DNA of 64,000 nt from Tubiluchus corallicola. Taxonomy: Eukaryota > Animalia > Priapulida. The stretch is from NCBI GenBank assembly GCA_030141605.1, contig JAQGDQ010000289.1, forward strand, positions 124,001-188,000, in the 5' to 3' direction. Below are positions 13,680 through 26,400 of the stretch, piece by piece. Positions within the stretch are counted from its first letter, which is position 1; the number at the start of each line of letters is the position of its first letter. Below the pieces are notes generated by a model, which made no database searches, was not told the origin of the DNA, and saw only the letters and a list, made by a program, of their open reading frames with translations. Made by a program: the position numbers and the translations under genes.

Positions 13680-16433
13680 TAATTGTCCCTTGTAATAAGG
13701 GACTTTTGCATTCTTTTTCTTTATTATGCTAAAATGAACTTCATTGAAGGAATTTCTAAAATCAATAGTGTTATAAATGAACTCTAATCCAGCCATGTAC
13801 AAAAGGTATTAAATTTGTAAATAGGGATGGTTGACTTAGTTGACCGTATAGTCTTTCGCCACTCTTTCTCCATACAGTTAAGCTTTTTTTAACACAAGTG
13901 GGTTACTAACAATATCTATTAGTTTGTAAATTGTCAAAATTATTACTATGTCTGTCGTGTACTGTAAAACTTAAAGGAGACGAATAAACAATCTTAATCT
14001 TAAGTAAGTACATGACCTGTGGATGCGTAGTCGTGCCGCTGATTACTGGTGATAGAGTCTGTGCATTTTAAGTGTCGTCTTTTACTATGGCATTAAACAT
14101 TCTTACCCTCTTGTTAAACCCAGATTCATAAGTGGAAAGTGATATTAATGCAGCATGGAGAGGATCTCTGCTTGGCATATTCACCTTTGTCGTATGTTGG
14201 CCATAGTGACTTCATAGTAAGCATGGCTTCATCTTTCCAACTACTTACTATTACTCCTTAATTATATACTGTATTACGCGTGTGTGAAGTATTTTTTTTT
14301 CAATACTTTAATAATTTAATTTTTTTGTTCAAGAGCCTATATCCAAGGAAAAAGTTCCAAAGTGTGATGGAAGCCGGTAATGTAAAAGAAGGTAAACTTT
14401 TTCTCTAAAGACTTTCACCTACTCTACATTATAAATGCATTGAGTATTATAACTTGGATAAAAATAAAGATGTGATTAAGCCTATAAAAAACTTAGTAAT
14501 TGTAGTTTGACCTACCAATAAGGTTTATCACTAGTATATTTATTTTATTTTACATATACTCGCCCTAAACTAAGAAGCTTGTACACAAATTTTCCCGTAG
14601 GCCTACAGTTTTACAAAAATTCAGTTAAAAGGAAAACAAGTGATCATTTCCCGACAAAAATTGTTTATACAGATTAGCATACTTGAACAAATCTAGTACT
14701 CAGTGCCAGAGTTTTCTTAATGTGGATGGTTACGCCAGGACTGGAACTGTGTTCATTTTCAAAGCTAATCATCTAAAAGATAATAGATAGTAATATCTAA
14801 AAGATAATACATGTAGAGGGTAAAGGTGACTTCCATATGTTCACACGTGAACACACCTCTCTTGAAAAAGTGAAGAAAACTGTCCAGAATGAATATTGGC
14901 TTGGCAATCACCCATCAATTTACTGACTTAACTGAACGTCATTTAACCTCGTTTACTAAGCATTTTCGTTACCCGTAAATATTCTTATAATAATCTCTCA
15001 TTCTCACTTCATTTTAACAGCTAAATTGATTCGAATGAGTAGTTCAAATCTGATCCGAACCTAAAGTTGTAAGTTCGAATAATTCTACAGCTCAACTACA
15101 TATATTCTTTATCATTAAAATGTTTGAAACATTATACAGTCAGCATAATTTAGCTGTGATTTCTGTGGACATTTTTAAATTATTGGTATTTTTTACTGCA
15201 AAAAAATCAAATAATAGCTATGTATGATCTTTGTGAGACCACTTTTTATAGTGATTTAACAATTTATTTGAAAATCTTTAAAACTGAATTCGAATTCGGA
15301 TCGGAAAATGCTGCCGAAATTCGGTTTGATACGAGAATGCAAGTTCCAAAGACCCATTTCCGAAAAGAAGGAAAGAGAGCAGGCTTGTGACCACTCAGCT
15401 GCCCTCGCTCTAACGTGTTCAACTTGATTCAAATGCATAATGCATCTCATTTGAAATTCTAAAAATATGTGGATTATACATGGTTTGTGAAGATTGACAA
15501 CTACATCAGATGGCACAAGAATGTACCGAAGTTTTGACCACAATGTTATATAAGAAAACAAAGGAATCACTTACAAATTACCTCATTGATGTTCCAGACA
15601 CTTTTGTATAAACACCAAAAATTGTTGTTACCTTAAATTTTTCCAAAGACGCAGAAGTTTTAAATCAACAATTCAAAAAATTAAATTCTGTAAGAAATTT
15701 CGTGTCACTATTGTTAAAATTTACAGGAGGTGTTCTGTATGTCCACCATTTTTATTGCAAACTAGATGTAGTCGTTTCTTCAAACAGCTGACACAGTTTC
15801 TCACTTCTTTAAGGGGTATTTTGTCTCAGCACTCATTTGTTTTTGCCTTTAGGTCCTTTATATCAAATGGCTGTATGCGAACAGTGCATTTTCTCCTTAA
15901 CAGAATTCCAGATAGTGTAATCCTGAGGGTTAAGGCCCATTTTTTTCTTGGCAGCAAATATTTTTAGTGCTTTATTCTCTGTGGTGATGGCCATGATGTA
16001 AACTGGTTGTTTTTTTATTGTTTTGCTATTATATATTAAGTGCTTTATATGTCAGTGTGCCTATTGTTCAGTTGGTGATTATGGCTAAGATTATTCCAGC
16101 ATTTAATTTTTTAGTGGGCAAAAGTTTTTTAGCCATAACTTAAAAACCACTAAAACTATGAACTTGCAACTTCTACAGCCTGAAGCTAATGTATTGTAAT
16201 GTCATGCTGTGAAATTATAACGTTTTAGAGTGCTTGCTTTTAGTATCATTGTAGTCTAAATTTCGGCACTTTTTTGCGCCACTGGATGTAATCCAAGAAT
16301 TAGACAAGTGTGGCAGCTTTAGAATACAGAAAAAAATGATACAAACCTATGAAGCAGTATAATTTTTGTCCTGCAGAATTGCTTTTAAATTGGGTTTCCT
16401 AGTACAGCTAATACTTTCCTGAGACTATTTCTG

Positions 16434-19400
16434 ATGTGTACTATAGATCAGCAGTTTGAGGGCATTACAGTTGGAAGTAGAGTCATTTGTGATGGACATA
16501 AAGCTACGGTGTTGTACATAGGAGATGTTGAAGGCACTCAAGGTGTGTTTTTTAATGAACAGAACAATTGTATGTTCCCCAGTCTGCTTCTTTGTTTTCA
16601 ATCAGATCTTAATGTAATTTCCTTAATTATCCAGGCTCATGCTTTCCTTTTGATGCTGGCCTGACTTATTCTTATTGCTTAGAGTAGTCAGTTTTGAGAG
16701 ACAATTATAATATAAATTACTTAAATTTCTCCTTTTGCCTTTCTTCAGTTCTTGTTTCTCTTCACTCCTGCTCCTCTATCCACCATTTCTACCCGGTCTT
16801 TGTCTCTTTCAAGGCCTATGTAAACCATACTTATTACATTTTCTGAAATATAATTTACTATCATATTTCATTGTGATAACTCAGGTGACTGGATTGGCTT
16901 GGATTGGGATGACCCTTCAAGAGGCAAACACTGCGGTGTGCACAATGGCAAGTCCTATTTTACAACCAGGTATCATGCTTGATCTTACATGTCACTTCCG
17001 TGGTTTTGACATAAAGATTCACACAAAATCCTGCATTGACTCGTAATTGAAAAATCTTGTGTTGAATCTTATTAGCTGAAGTCACTGTAGTCGCTTCTTG
17101 ACAGGGGCATGCGTTTTTAACAAGGGCATATTAGTCTCCAGATTAATAAGAAAATTAATGATGTGTATAAAACTTTGTTATCAATTGCTTTATTAAGATA
17201 TTTCACTATTTTTTTCGATTTGTGGTTTCACTTGAGACTAAGATTTCCGAGCAGTTGTGCTAAAATTATTAGTTCAAGATATGCTGAACCTATGCTAAGA
17301 AAATGTGAGAAACAGCATTTGAAATTACGTGAATCAGCAATAGACTATTATTATCAAAATGCGATACCCCACTGCCCATGTTATAACATATTTTTTCAGC
17401 AACTTCAGTTTAGCTGCTGATACTTTTGTAAAACCACTCACTACTATAGTCGTTGTTTCCCTTTATAGAGCCTTAATTACAATGGCTGTGCTTGCAAGAA
17501 TTCCGAATCAGTTAAATTTTAGTGGAAATAGTATTATCTGTGTATCCCAAAGAGAAATCTTTTTAGGTAACCAGTGAAATAAAATTGGCATCTGTTACTA
17601 TGTGATATAACTGCAGTTTGAATTTTTGCTGTATGATATTACAGTTTGAATTTAGCAATATAACTGTTGCTTTTATAAAATCAAAATTAACACTCTTACG
17701 AACGTTTGTCCATTTTTTAATATCCTTTTGATATAGCCTACCATTTTGTCTGGGTGCTTGATTTATAATAAGCACTTTTTGTATAATGATTATTGTAAAA
17801 ATGTATGTAGTGTACAAGTGGAATTCAAAAATTTTGCATCTGAGTTGTTTATTTTTGATTAAACATTCTGTATTAACATATTTAACACGATTATTACAGT
17901 TTTCCAACCTCTGGTTCTTTTGTACGACCAAGCAAAATTAAGACAGGAACATCAGTTTTTGAAGCTATCCGAAATCGTTACTGTGATGCAGAAGATGACG
18001 AAGATTTTAGCACGAACCAGGTTAATTGTGCATCTCATTAAGCATGCTTTGTCGATGCATCTTTTTTCTGTAATATTTTATTGCAACAGTTGGTTCAGTA
18101 GGACCCTTTGTCAAGCAGTTATTATTATGCAAAATTAAAGTAGTATAATATAGCATGTTCTGTATATATATACATGTTTCATGTTTAACTTTTGGTCAAG
18201 TATGGTAGGTTGCGATAATGGGTGTGCTGTAGGTGAGTGAAGCAAAAAGAGATTGGTGCGGGACCTCCCCCAGAAAATTTTGAAAAATACAATTTTCAGC
18301 CTATTTTGCAGATATTTTCCACAATGCCAAGTAACTGAAATATTAGTGGGAAAATATGAAAATTTTCAATTATTTGCCAAGGTCCGATAACTTCGTTAAC
18401 AAAACAGTTAGCACTAGTCATCACATTAATCTTTGAGATATCGTTGGTTGATTAACCACGTTTCAATGCTAAACTTGATAAAGTCACACAGCATTGTCAC
18501 GTGAGAGGACTAGGAAGTTTCTTAATTGCTGGCTGCTTTGCTGTATAGCCTGTTCTAACTATAGTGTACGACGATAGCTCACAAACGTGAGCAAGTCTGG
18601 CTGAGGTGAGCTGTTAGGAAGCAGCATGCCTCGGTTCGTTGTAATGCTGCATGGGTGCTAACGATTGTTTTTGCATGTGTGCTAATTTAGATACTGATAA
18701 AGGCGAACAGATTATTTATAGCACCATGCTAGTGTGTGAATCAGATAATGCGTAGATTAATTAGACATATTTACTGCCGAAATTTGTTTATTAAAACCCT
18801 TTGCTTAATCGTTTCCTCTGCCAGCAGTGTTTTTAGTGGCATAATTGCTATCACTAATGGTTTTCTGAGCTGTTAGTCTGATCACTGATATATAGCAATC
18901 CATGTATTTGATACTTGGAATTGGTGGGTGGTATTACATTACCATTGCACTTGGCTGTATGTGTGAGGTGCATGAATGTTGGAGCTTACTGTGCTGTCTA
19001 GAGGGTCAGGTTTAAATGCTTCATTGGTATAGAGCTTCACCGTTTACCTTATTTACCTTGTCTAACTAAACAGAGCAGCATAGTCCTTTTTAAACTGACA
19101 TTGTTGTAAATCTGTAAAATAACTGAAAAAAAATTATATACAAATCCTAATACATAAAGCTTTTGCAGGTTGATTCATTTAATCTTAGGACACAGGACTC
19201 CCTGTGTGTTAGTGAGTGGAAAACTTACCTAGTTCCATTCAATCTTTTCTACATTGTTTGGTTACCCAAATTTACTTGCTTCTATGTACTTCACAGGATG
19301 ACCTGTATGTAAAAGGAAAAGGTAGACGCTTCAAGCCTGTAGAATTTATTGGCGCAGATAAAGTTTCTAGCCAACAAAGGTGTAGTACTTAAGTTCAATT

Positions 19401-22400
19401 AAATTGGTATATGTTGCAATACTTTGGTAAGTTCATTGTTAGCCTTGTTCACATCAAACTATTTTATACAGTAGCTCTTTCACCTTGTACAGCAGCTCTT
19501 TCACCAGTTTTTTATCTTAGAAAAGTCTGGGTTCTATGCAAAAAAAAGACTTGAAAATATTTTCTATTTACAAAAAGTGTTGTAGATTGTACGCATTAGC
19601 TTCACGTTTTATAGGTTTGTGCAAGAGGTAATTTTCGCAATAATACAAATTTTGAAATTGTTTTTGGCCATAGGGAGGCATTATAAATAAACAAATACGT
19701 GATATAAAAAAATTAATACGGACCAGTTTGTAAAGTGTAATGTTTTGGTATCGATATCTGAATGAATAAAATTGTAAAAGGTTTGAGATGGCTTAATCTA
19801 ATGCAAGCTGACGTCGATCTGCCTTCAATCTACTTGTTACTGCCTGCTTTAAATTTCACATTCCTGCGTACAATTTGGTGAGTTTCTTAAAATTTTTATG
19901 CGGCATATTATAGGTAATTTTGCCTACTGACATCTTAATTATTCGATTTTCATCTTTATTTTATATATTTTTTTACTTCTTCATCTTTTATAGCAAATTA
20001 GACAAGCTACGAGAAGTAGTGCTGCGTGATATGAACATATCTTATTCTTCTCAAGGGCAGCTTTTAGCACATCACACGCCTAATATCACAGAGCTGGATA
20101 TATCCGACAATCTTGTTTCTGCCTGGGAAATGGTTGCCATGGCAGCTGAACAGTTGAAGAAACTGCGTCTTATTAATGTCAGGTGACAAATTTTTACAAT
20201 TCAGTGTAAAGTGCTCTTAAAAGACAACTGCTTATGTGTACATTTTCTAAAAAATTAAAAACTGGCTTTCTTTGGTGAAAGCAACAAGTAAACATAAGAA
20301 TCTTAAAATATGGATTTTGTGAAATTTATAGGAACAGCCTTTAGCTTACTAGTACAATCTTCTTGCGTGCAAATTTTAATGTATTTTGTGTTTTATTTGC
20401 CATTGCTTTGCTGTCTTGAATAATTGGAAAATCGAATTATATTTTATATTTAAATATGCTTTTTCATTTTAGTGATAATAAAATAATGAAACAACCTGAC
20501 AAACGTGAACTCCTTAGCCACTGCTTCTCAGGAGTCACTACATTACTATTAAACAGGATGAACTATACCTGGGAGCAGGTAGGACTATGTTCAAAGTAGT
20601 TCTATCAAATCACTAGCAGATTAAGCATGGCAGCCATTATGTCTGTCAAATATTGTATTTATTGTAATGCAGCAGAAAACCAATATAACTTTATTCGATT
20701 TTACTTGTTTTATAACTTGCGACCAGTGGCAGCTTGTGTATACGTACCGTGGTACTGCAGCACTCCCTGTTTTCACTCATTATTATCGATAATATTCAAT
20801 ATAATAAGTCTTTTTTCTTTAGTTCTTTCTTTATACTTGTACGGAACCGGAGTAACTGAGGGAAGAACAATTTGCTTCGCAGCCCCAGCAACTTGGTGTT
20901 TGGCTGTTGTGTGCATGCGACCATGTGCACATGTCTGAAATATCACGCTATATGCTAGTGTCTGCTGCTAGGTAGAGAAAGTACTGTCTCTAGCACAGTA
21001 ACAATTGCCATATGCTTACCATGTACCGTCATATTCTTGGATATGATAAATTGTAAAAACATAAATTATTTAATAATGGACGCCTTGCGTCCCCAAGAAA
21101 TAAGTTTTGTGGTTATATGAGTGAACTACACTATTTTTCACAGTTCTCTCCATGAGAAAGTTGCCGTTAAGAAAAGAGGCCATTCAACACTTGATCTTCA
21201 AATATAACTACAACATTAGAATTACATATGTTTGTTATATTTTACAAAATATTAAAACAGCAGCTAAAAATTTTCTGAAACAACACCCCCACTAATGTTA
21301 GCTACGAGCTGCCACTGCTTGCAACATAATTATTATGTGACTTTCCAATGATTTGTGAATATTTTTAAATTTTATGATTTATGATTATGATAGTTGCAGT
21401 GTGCTGAAGAATACAAAAAATTAAAAGTAAAATCGTCCATAAGCTCCTACTATAAACTCATGTAATCTTTCTTTTTTAGGTTGTCACAGTGGCACGAATG
21501 TTTCCATCACTGGAACATTTACATCTTTGCTTTAACTCCATATCCAGACTCTCTGATCCAGCAGATGCAATGAATAACTTAAAGCTGCTGAATTTGGAAG
21601 GAAATGCTCTAATGAAAGTATCAGAATTGTGGACACTGGGAAACCTACCATGGTATTATCACTCCTTTCTACCTTCTGTTTCATCACTTTTACTTCACAC
21701 ATTTGGCATTTTTACCTGATTTGCTTCCCAACTTTTACCTCATTGGCTGAATGGTGTAACTATAATAAAAACTCTAGAAAATGTGTGCTTAGAGCTCTTT
21801 GTGTCTAGTGAAACCACGACAGTGTTGTATGCAACTATATTCGCCCTGCAGGATCCAAAAACAGAGCTCCGCCTGCAAAAACATTTTTGCTTCATTTTGT
21901 GGTTTTTGTTTGGAAATTTCCATATGATTTTTATGTGCGTACATCCTCTGAATAATATTCCAAGCAATACTTGATTCAAGTTTGATTAGCACTTGGAAAA
22001 ATAACATATGATAAGATTTCTTAAATGTAAAGAAATCCATATCTTTAATTAAAGCCAGTTCTCTTCCATTTGCTCTTAAAAGTAAGCGTAGATGTGATTA
22101 GAGTGTACAATCACACAGACATGCAAATCTTGGCCTGTTCACAATATAAAGCTGGTTTGCACCTAAATTTTCTCTCCTACCTCTGTCTTACTTCTCTTAT
22201 TTGTAAGTGTAAATAGTATGTGCAATTCCAGGTTTAGATTTAGATAAGACAATGCAAAGAAATACAAGACATCCCAAGTATGAGATGTGAAAAGGAAAAA
22301 ATATTGATATGTTTCTTACTTTTTGTTACTGATGATGAAATTTTGATCTGGTCTCATGCAGTAATGGGAATTCTCTTTTCACTGGAAACCCCTTTTGTTG

Positions 22401-23360
22401 TTGGAAACATCGGGATATGCGTACAAGTGTTTACAAGCAAAACAGTTTTAAAAGAAATGGAAATGAAAATGGAAAAGTTTTACATGTTGCCATCTAGTTA
22501 CAATTCATTGTTAGAAATTTATCAATGTTGCACACATTACGTCAATGTGTTTCTGAACTACATACTGTTCTGCCTTTTTAGTCATTGCATTTTTATTTCA
22601 GTTTAGAATATTTGATAATAAACCATACTAGTCTATCAGAGTTTTCGCTACCACCCGGAGACACTCCCATGAGTCGCGTGACAATATTTCCACATTTGAA
22701 AGAAATTTCCATGATTCAAAATCACATTGATAAGGTAAGCTATTTTAGAAATCAGTGTATTATGACTAATGCATATTTTGAGACCATGTTATCTGGATAC
22801 AGGAATGGTTTACAACAAAAAACAGCCCTGTTCCTGTTCTTGTAAATATCAGTTAGCATTAAATCGTTATCCGAATAATCAGATTTTGGGAATTTTGTGC
22901 ATTTAGCCTGTTTGTATTTTTAGATTTTTCAGAAATTTCGATACTGACCTGTAATAAGCTAGAAATAATGAACTTGAGGATTTTGCATAATCAGTCGTTA
23001 ATCGAATTAAATGAAAAAGGAAGGCGCTATAAAACTGTGAGACAACTTATATGGCAGGGTTGGTCAGAATTTAGTAGACTAATACATATTATTTTCATCT
23101 TACACTTGTAATCATTTAATAGGCTAATTAATTGAGCCGTGATTTAAACCTGTACTTTATGACCTTTTTAATAGACTAATAGATATGATCTAAGCTCACA
23201 TTAATAAGTTAGCAGCAGCAGAGTTAATAAAATAGTAATGGATTATCTATTCAACAGCAAGATGTTTGTGGCAATACATATGGCATATTATTAAAAATAT
23301 CCCTCTAAGATGAGCCACTGAACCAGCAGAGATATCTTAACCAGGTTTGGATATACATAT

Positions 23361-23416
<56 letters not shown>

Positions 23417-26400
23417 TTCTTCGCTCTGAGAGGCACATAGATGCTATGTTGCATGACACACTGTCCAAACTAGGTACTGACGTCTAACATGTCAGTCATT
23501 TTCCGTGACTGCCCAATCAGCGTGCAGGTTCTTTCACACACCACTGCTGCATGTACGTCCGGAACATTTAGCTACAGCTCCGTCTAACGCTGTTATTAAA
23601 AATGCTCAACTTTTCATTAGTTAGCGGGAGAAATATTGGCTTTGTTCTAGATTTTATTATTGTCAATTGAAATTGCAAGTGAATTTCAAGGTCTCTTTTC
23701 CTGACAGTATTTTAAGGGAGGCATGCCGATTCAAAACATCTGTAAAGGTTTTGATAAAGTGTGTAAAAACATCATTAGTTGTGAACAGATAATAATCTGT
23801 CGCTGCATATTCATCTTTTAAGTCAGAAAGAAATTCGTGTTTATTGAATTTATATCTATCCCTTATAATTTTTTAGTCATAGCTTTAGATAACATTGAAT
23901 GTTTTAGTGCAAAAATTACACATCTTTGTGTAAAATTATACAAAGTTTTCACATATTTGTGTCTATTCACATCTATTATAATGTCTAAGTTTACTTTTAC
24001 AAACATTAATAAGTTTGCATACCATACTAAAGAATATCGAAGCTAGGCTTACGAGCCAACAGTGCCCGGCAAAACTTTTGTGCTATAAAAGTTATGGTTA
24101 CATAGCTTGCATACAGGCCAATATTTTATGATTGTGTAAGTCTACGGATTTGCAGTGTTAGGCGAAAGAACCGGTTGGACAATTCCCTAAACTAAAAATC
24201 AGTCCAACCTCATTATGGGTATTGTTGCTAAAACAAGTAGTAGCTATAACATTTTACATTGTTAATCATATATGGTAATATAGGTTTTACAATATTAATG
24301 CTTACAAAAAGGCCAGCAGTGGCATGTACAGGAAGATTGCTTTAGCCAAAGTAAGGGCTTATTTACAGATGGATAGATTTTTGTGAACTTACTTGTATGT
24401 AAAGATAATTCGTCAAGAAGATATCATCTGGCAAACAAAAAAAACACATCAAAAGTTGGATGATGAAATATTTTTGATAATGTTTGAAGGGAATTGGGTT
24501 GCCTTCTGTCACTAATAGGCAGTAATTGTCCAAACAAAATAAGACAGAATTGCACTATTTGAACCAGCCACGCAGTGTCAGAACATAGTGGAATTAAATA
24601 ATATTTTATGTATGCACAAATATTTTCAAGTTGATATGGCTTTTCGAGTGTGGTTTTACAAAATGCCCCTTTCCAATTACTGTCCTATTCTAAGTTTTCT
24701 GGCACTGCTGTAAATAGTGCACTGTGTAGGTAAAAACTTAAAATAGGAAAACTGTGGCCTGTGAAAAATAAACTAGGCTTTGATTCACATGTTTTGGTCT
24801 ATACAAAATTGACGCTGTCTCTAAGGTAATGCACTTGACAGGCGTAGAAATTTGTTCTTCTACATTACAGTTGATTACAATGGGGAATAGTAATACACAA
24901 GAAAGGGTACTTGCAAAACTACTGAATTACAGAGGGTTACATGCCAAGAGAAATATTACAAGAAAATGAATGTTAATTTATGAACACATGAGTGAAGGGA
25001 AAACAAGTGTGGCATAGGAAACAAGTTAGCCAATAGGCCGAATGGTAGCACGACTCCTTTTGTGTATGTTTCCAGGCAACTGGGCATTGCTGTTTTATTA
25101 GCTAATCAATTATTCACTGTATCAATTAAGAACTTTATCATCGTAGTTTCATCATATAGTATATTTTATGACGTGGTTGGATTTATGATATAAAATAGAC
25201 TTTTGATAAGCAACTGCATCGGTATATGGTTGTGAACGAAATTGGCAGTGTTCTTATACATAATACTTTACACAGAAGCCGAGTCAAGGCAAAAACGAGC
25301 TTTATGAGGAGGCTGCCATTATAGTGGAGAGATTATTACTATATGAGGGGTTGCGTTATTACGAAATTTGAATGATAAAAATTGTTATTGAACTGCCAGA
25401 AGCTAAAACAGTCAGGTATTTTTTGTCTTTAGTAAACTCTGACAAAGCAGAGTTGCTAGACGACACTTGAATAATCATTACTGTAATTCATATAGTTCTC
25501 TGCTGTCCTACAGTTATCTTCACCAGCATCATTACCATCATCATCATCATTATCATCATCATGAGAATATATTCGAAAATATAATATTTAGTCCAATTAG
25601 AAACATTTAAATTGCTTTTTGGATTTTATGGTAGCAAAAGGATAGTGTCAGTGTTACAGCAGCTATCACTTTTTCAACTCATTTGAATATGGATGCCTTG
25701 TAAAGCCAAGGTCTGTCAAGAGGCATGTGTCGGAATATTATCACAAAAGAATTTTCTACAATAATAAATAATCACTGGAAGTTACATAGAAATAAGTGCT
25801 TAATTTATAAGTTTTTTTCACAAATGAAATGGCGGGAATATGCGCCAGGTTGATCATTATATCCAGGATTGGTAGCAGGTTGAAGCTCTAGGAAGTTTGC
25901 TTCATGACCATTGTTTGGCTCTCCATCAAGCCATGCAAGCGAACTGAACTCTTCGGCTGGTCGTCCTGTGCCTTTCCAGACCCATTTTCCTTCTACATCG
26001 AGATCACTGCCACTGGTCCAAAATACTTGGTTAATTTCTACTACTCTTTGACTTAAGTAGTTGAATTCTGATTCGGATTCTATGCTGACGAGATCAGAGT
26101 CCATGTTGGTGCATACTTGGCGGGCATTCACCCATGGAGCAGTGGAGGAACTGAAGAAGTAGCAGCCTCCTCTAAATTCTTCAAATGCACTTGGACATTT
26201 ATCAGTGTTTCCTGCAAAGCAATTACTAGTACATTAACTAAGATTCACTCTTGAAATTAATTATGTGTCTTTTTAGTAAAGCTTCGATACCGCTGATGTG
26301 TGCAGTATATTTACATACGGCATACTTGCTTCGGACTACTATTTATCATATGTTGCTTAATATGTAACTTTTTTTTAAAATTTGTGAGCCCAGATAACTA

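Noticed and set aside
15400-16283. Tc1-like terminus (cagtggcgcaaaaaagt on the minus strand) just upstream of TBCE
   Set aside because: Partner TIR and transposase motifs not found.
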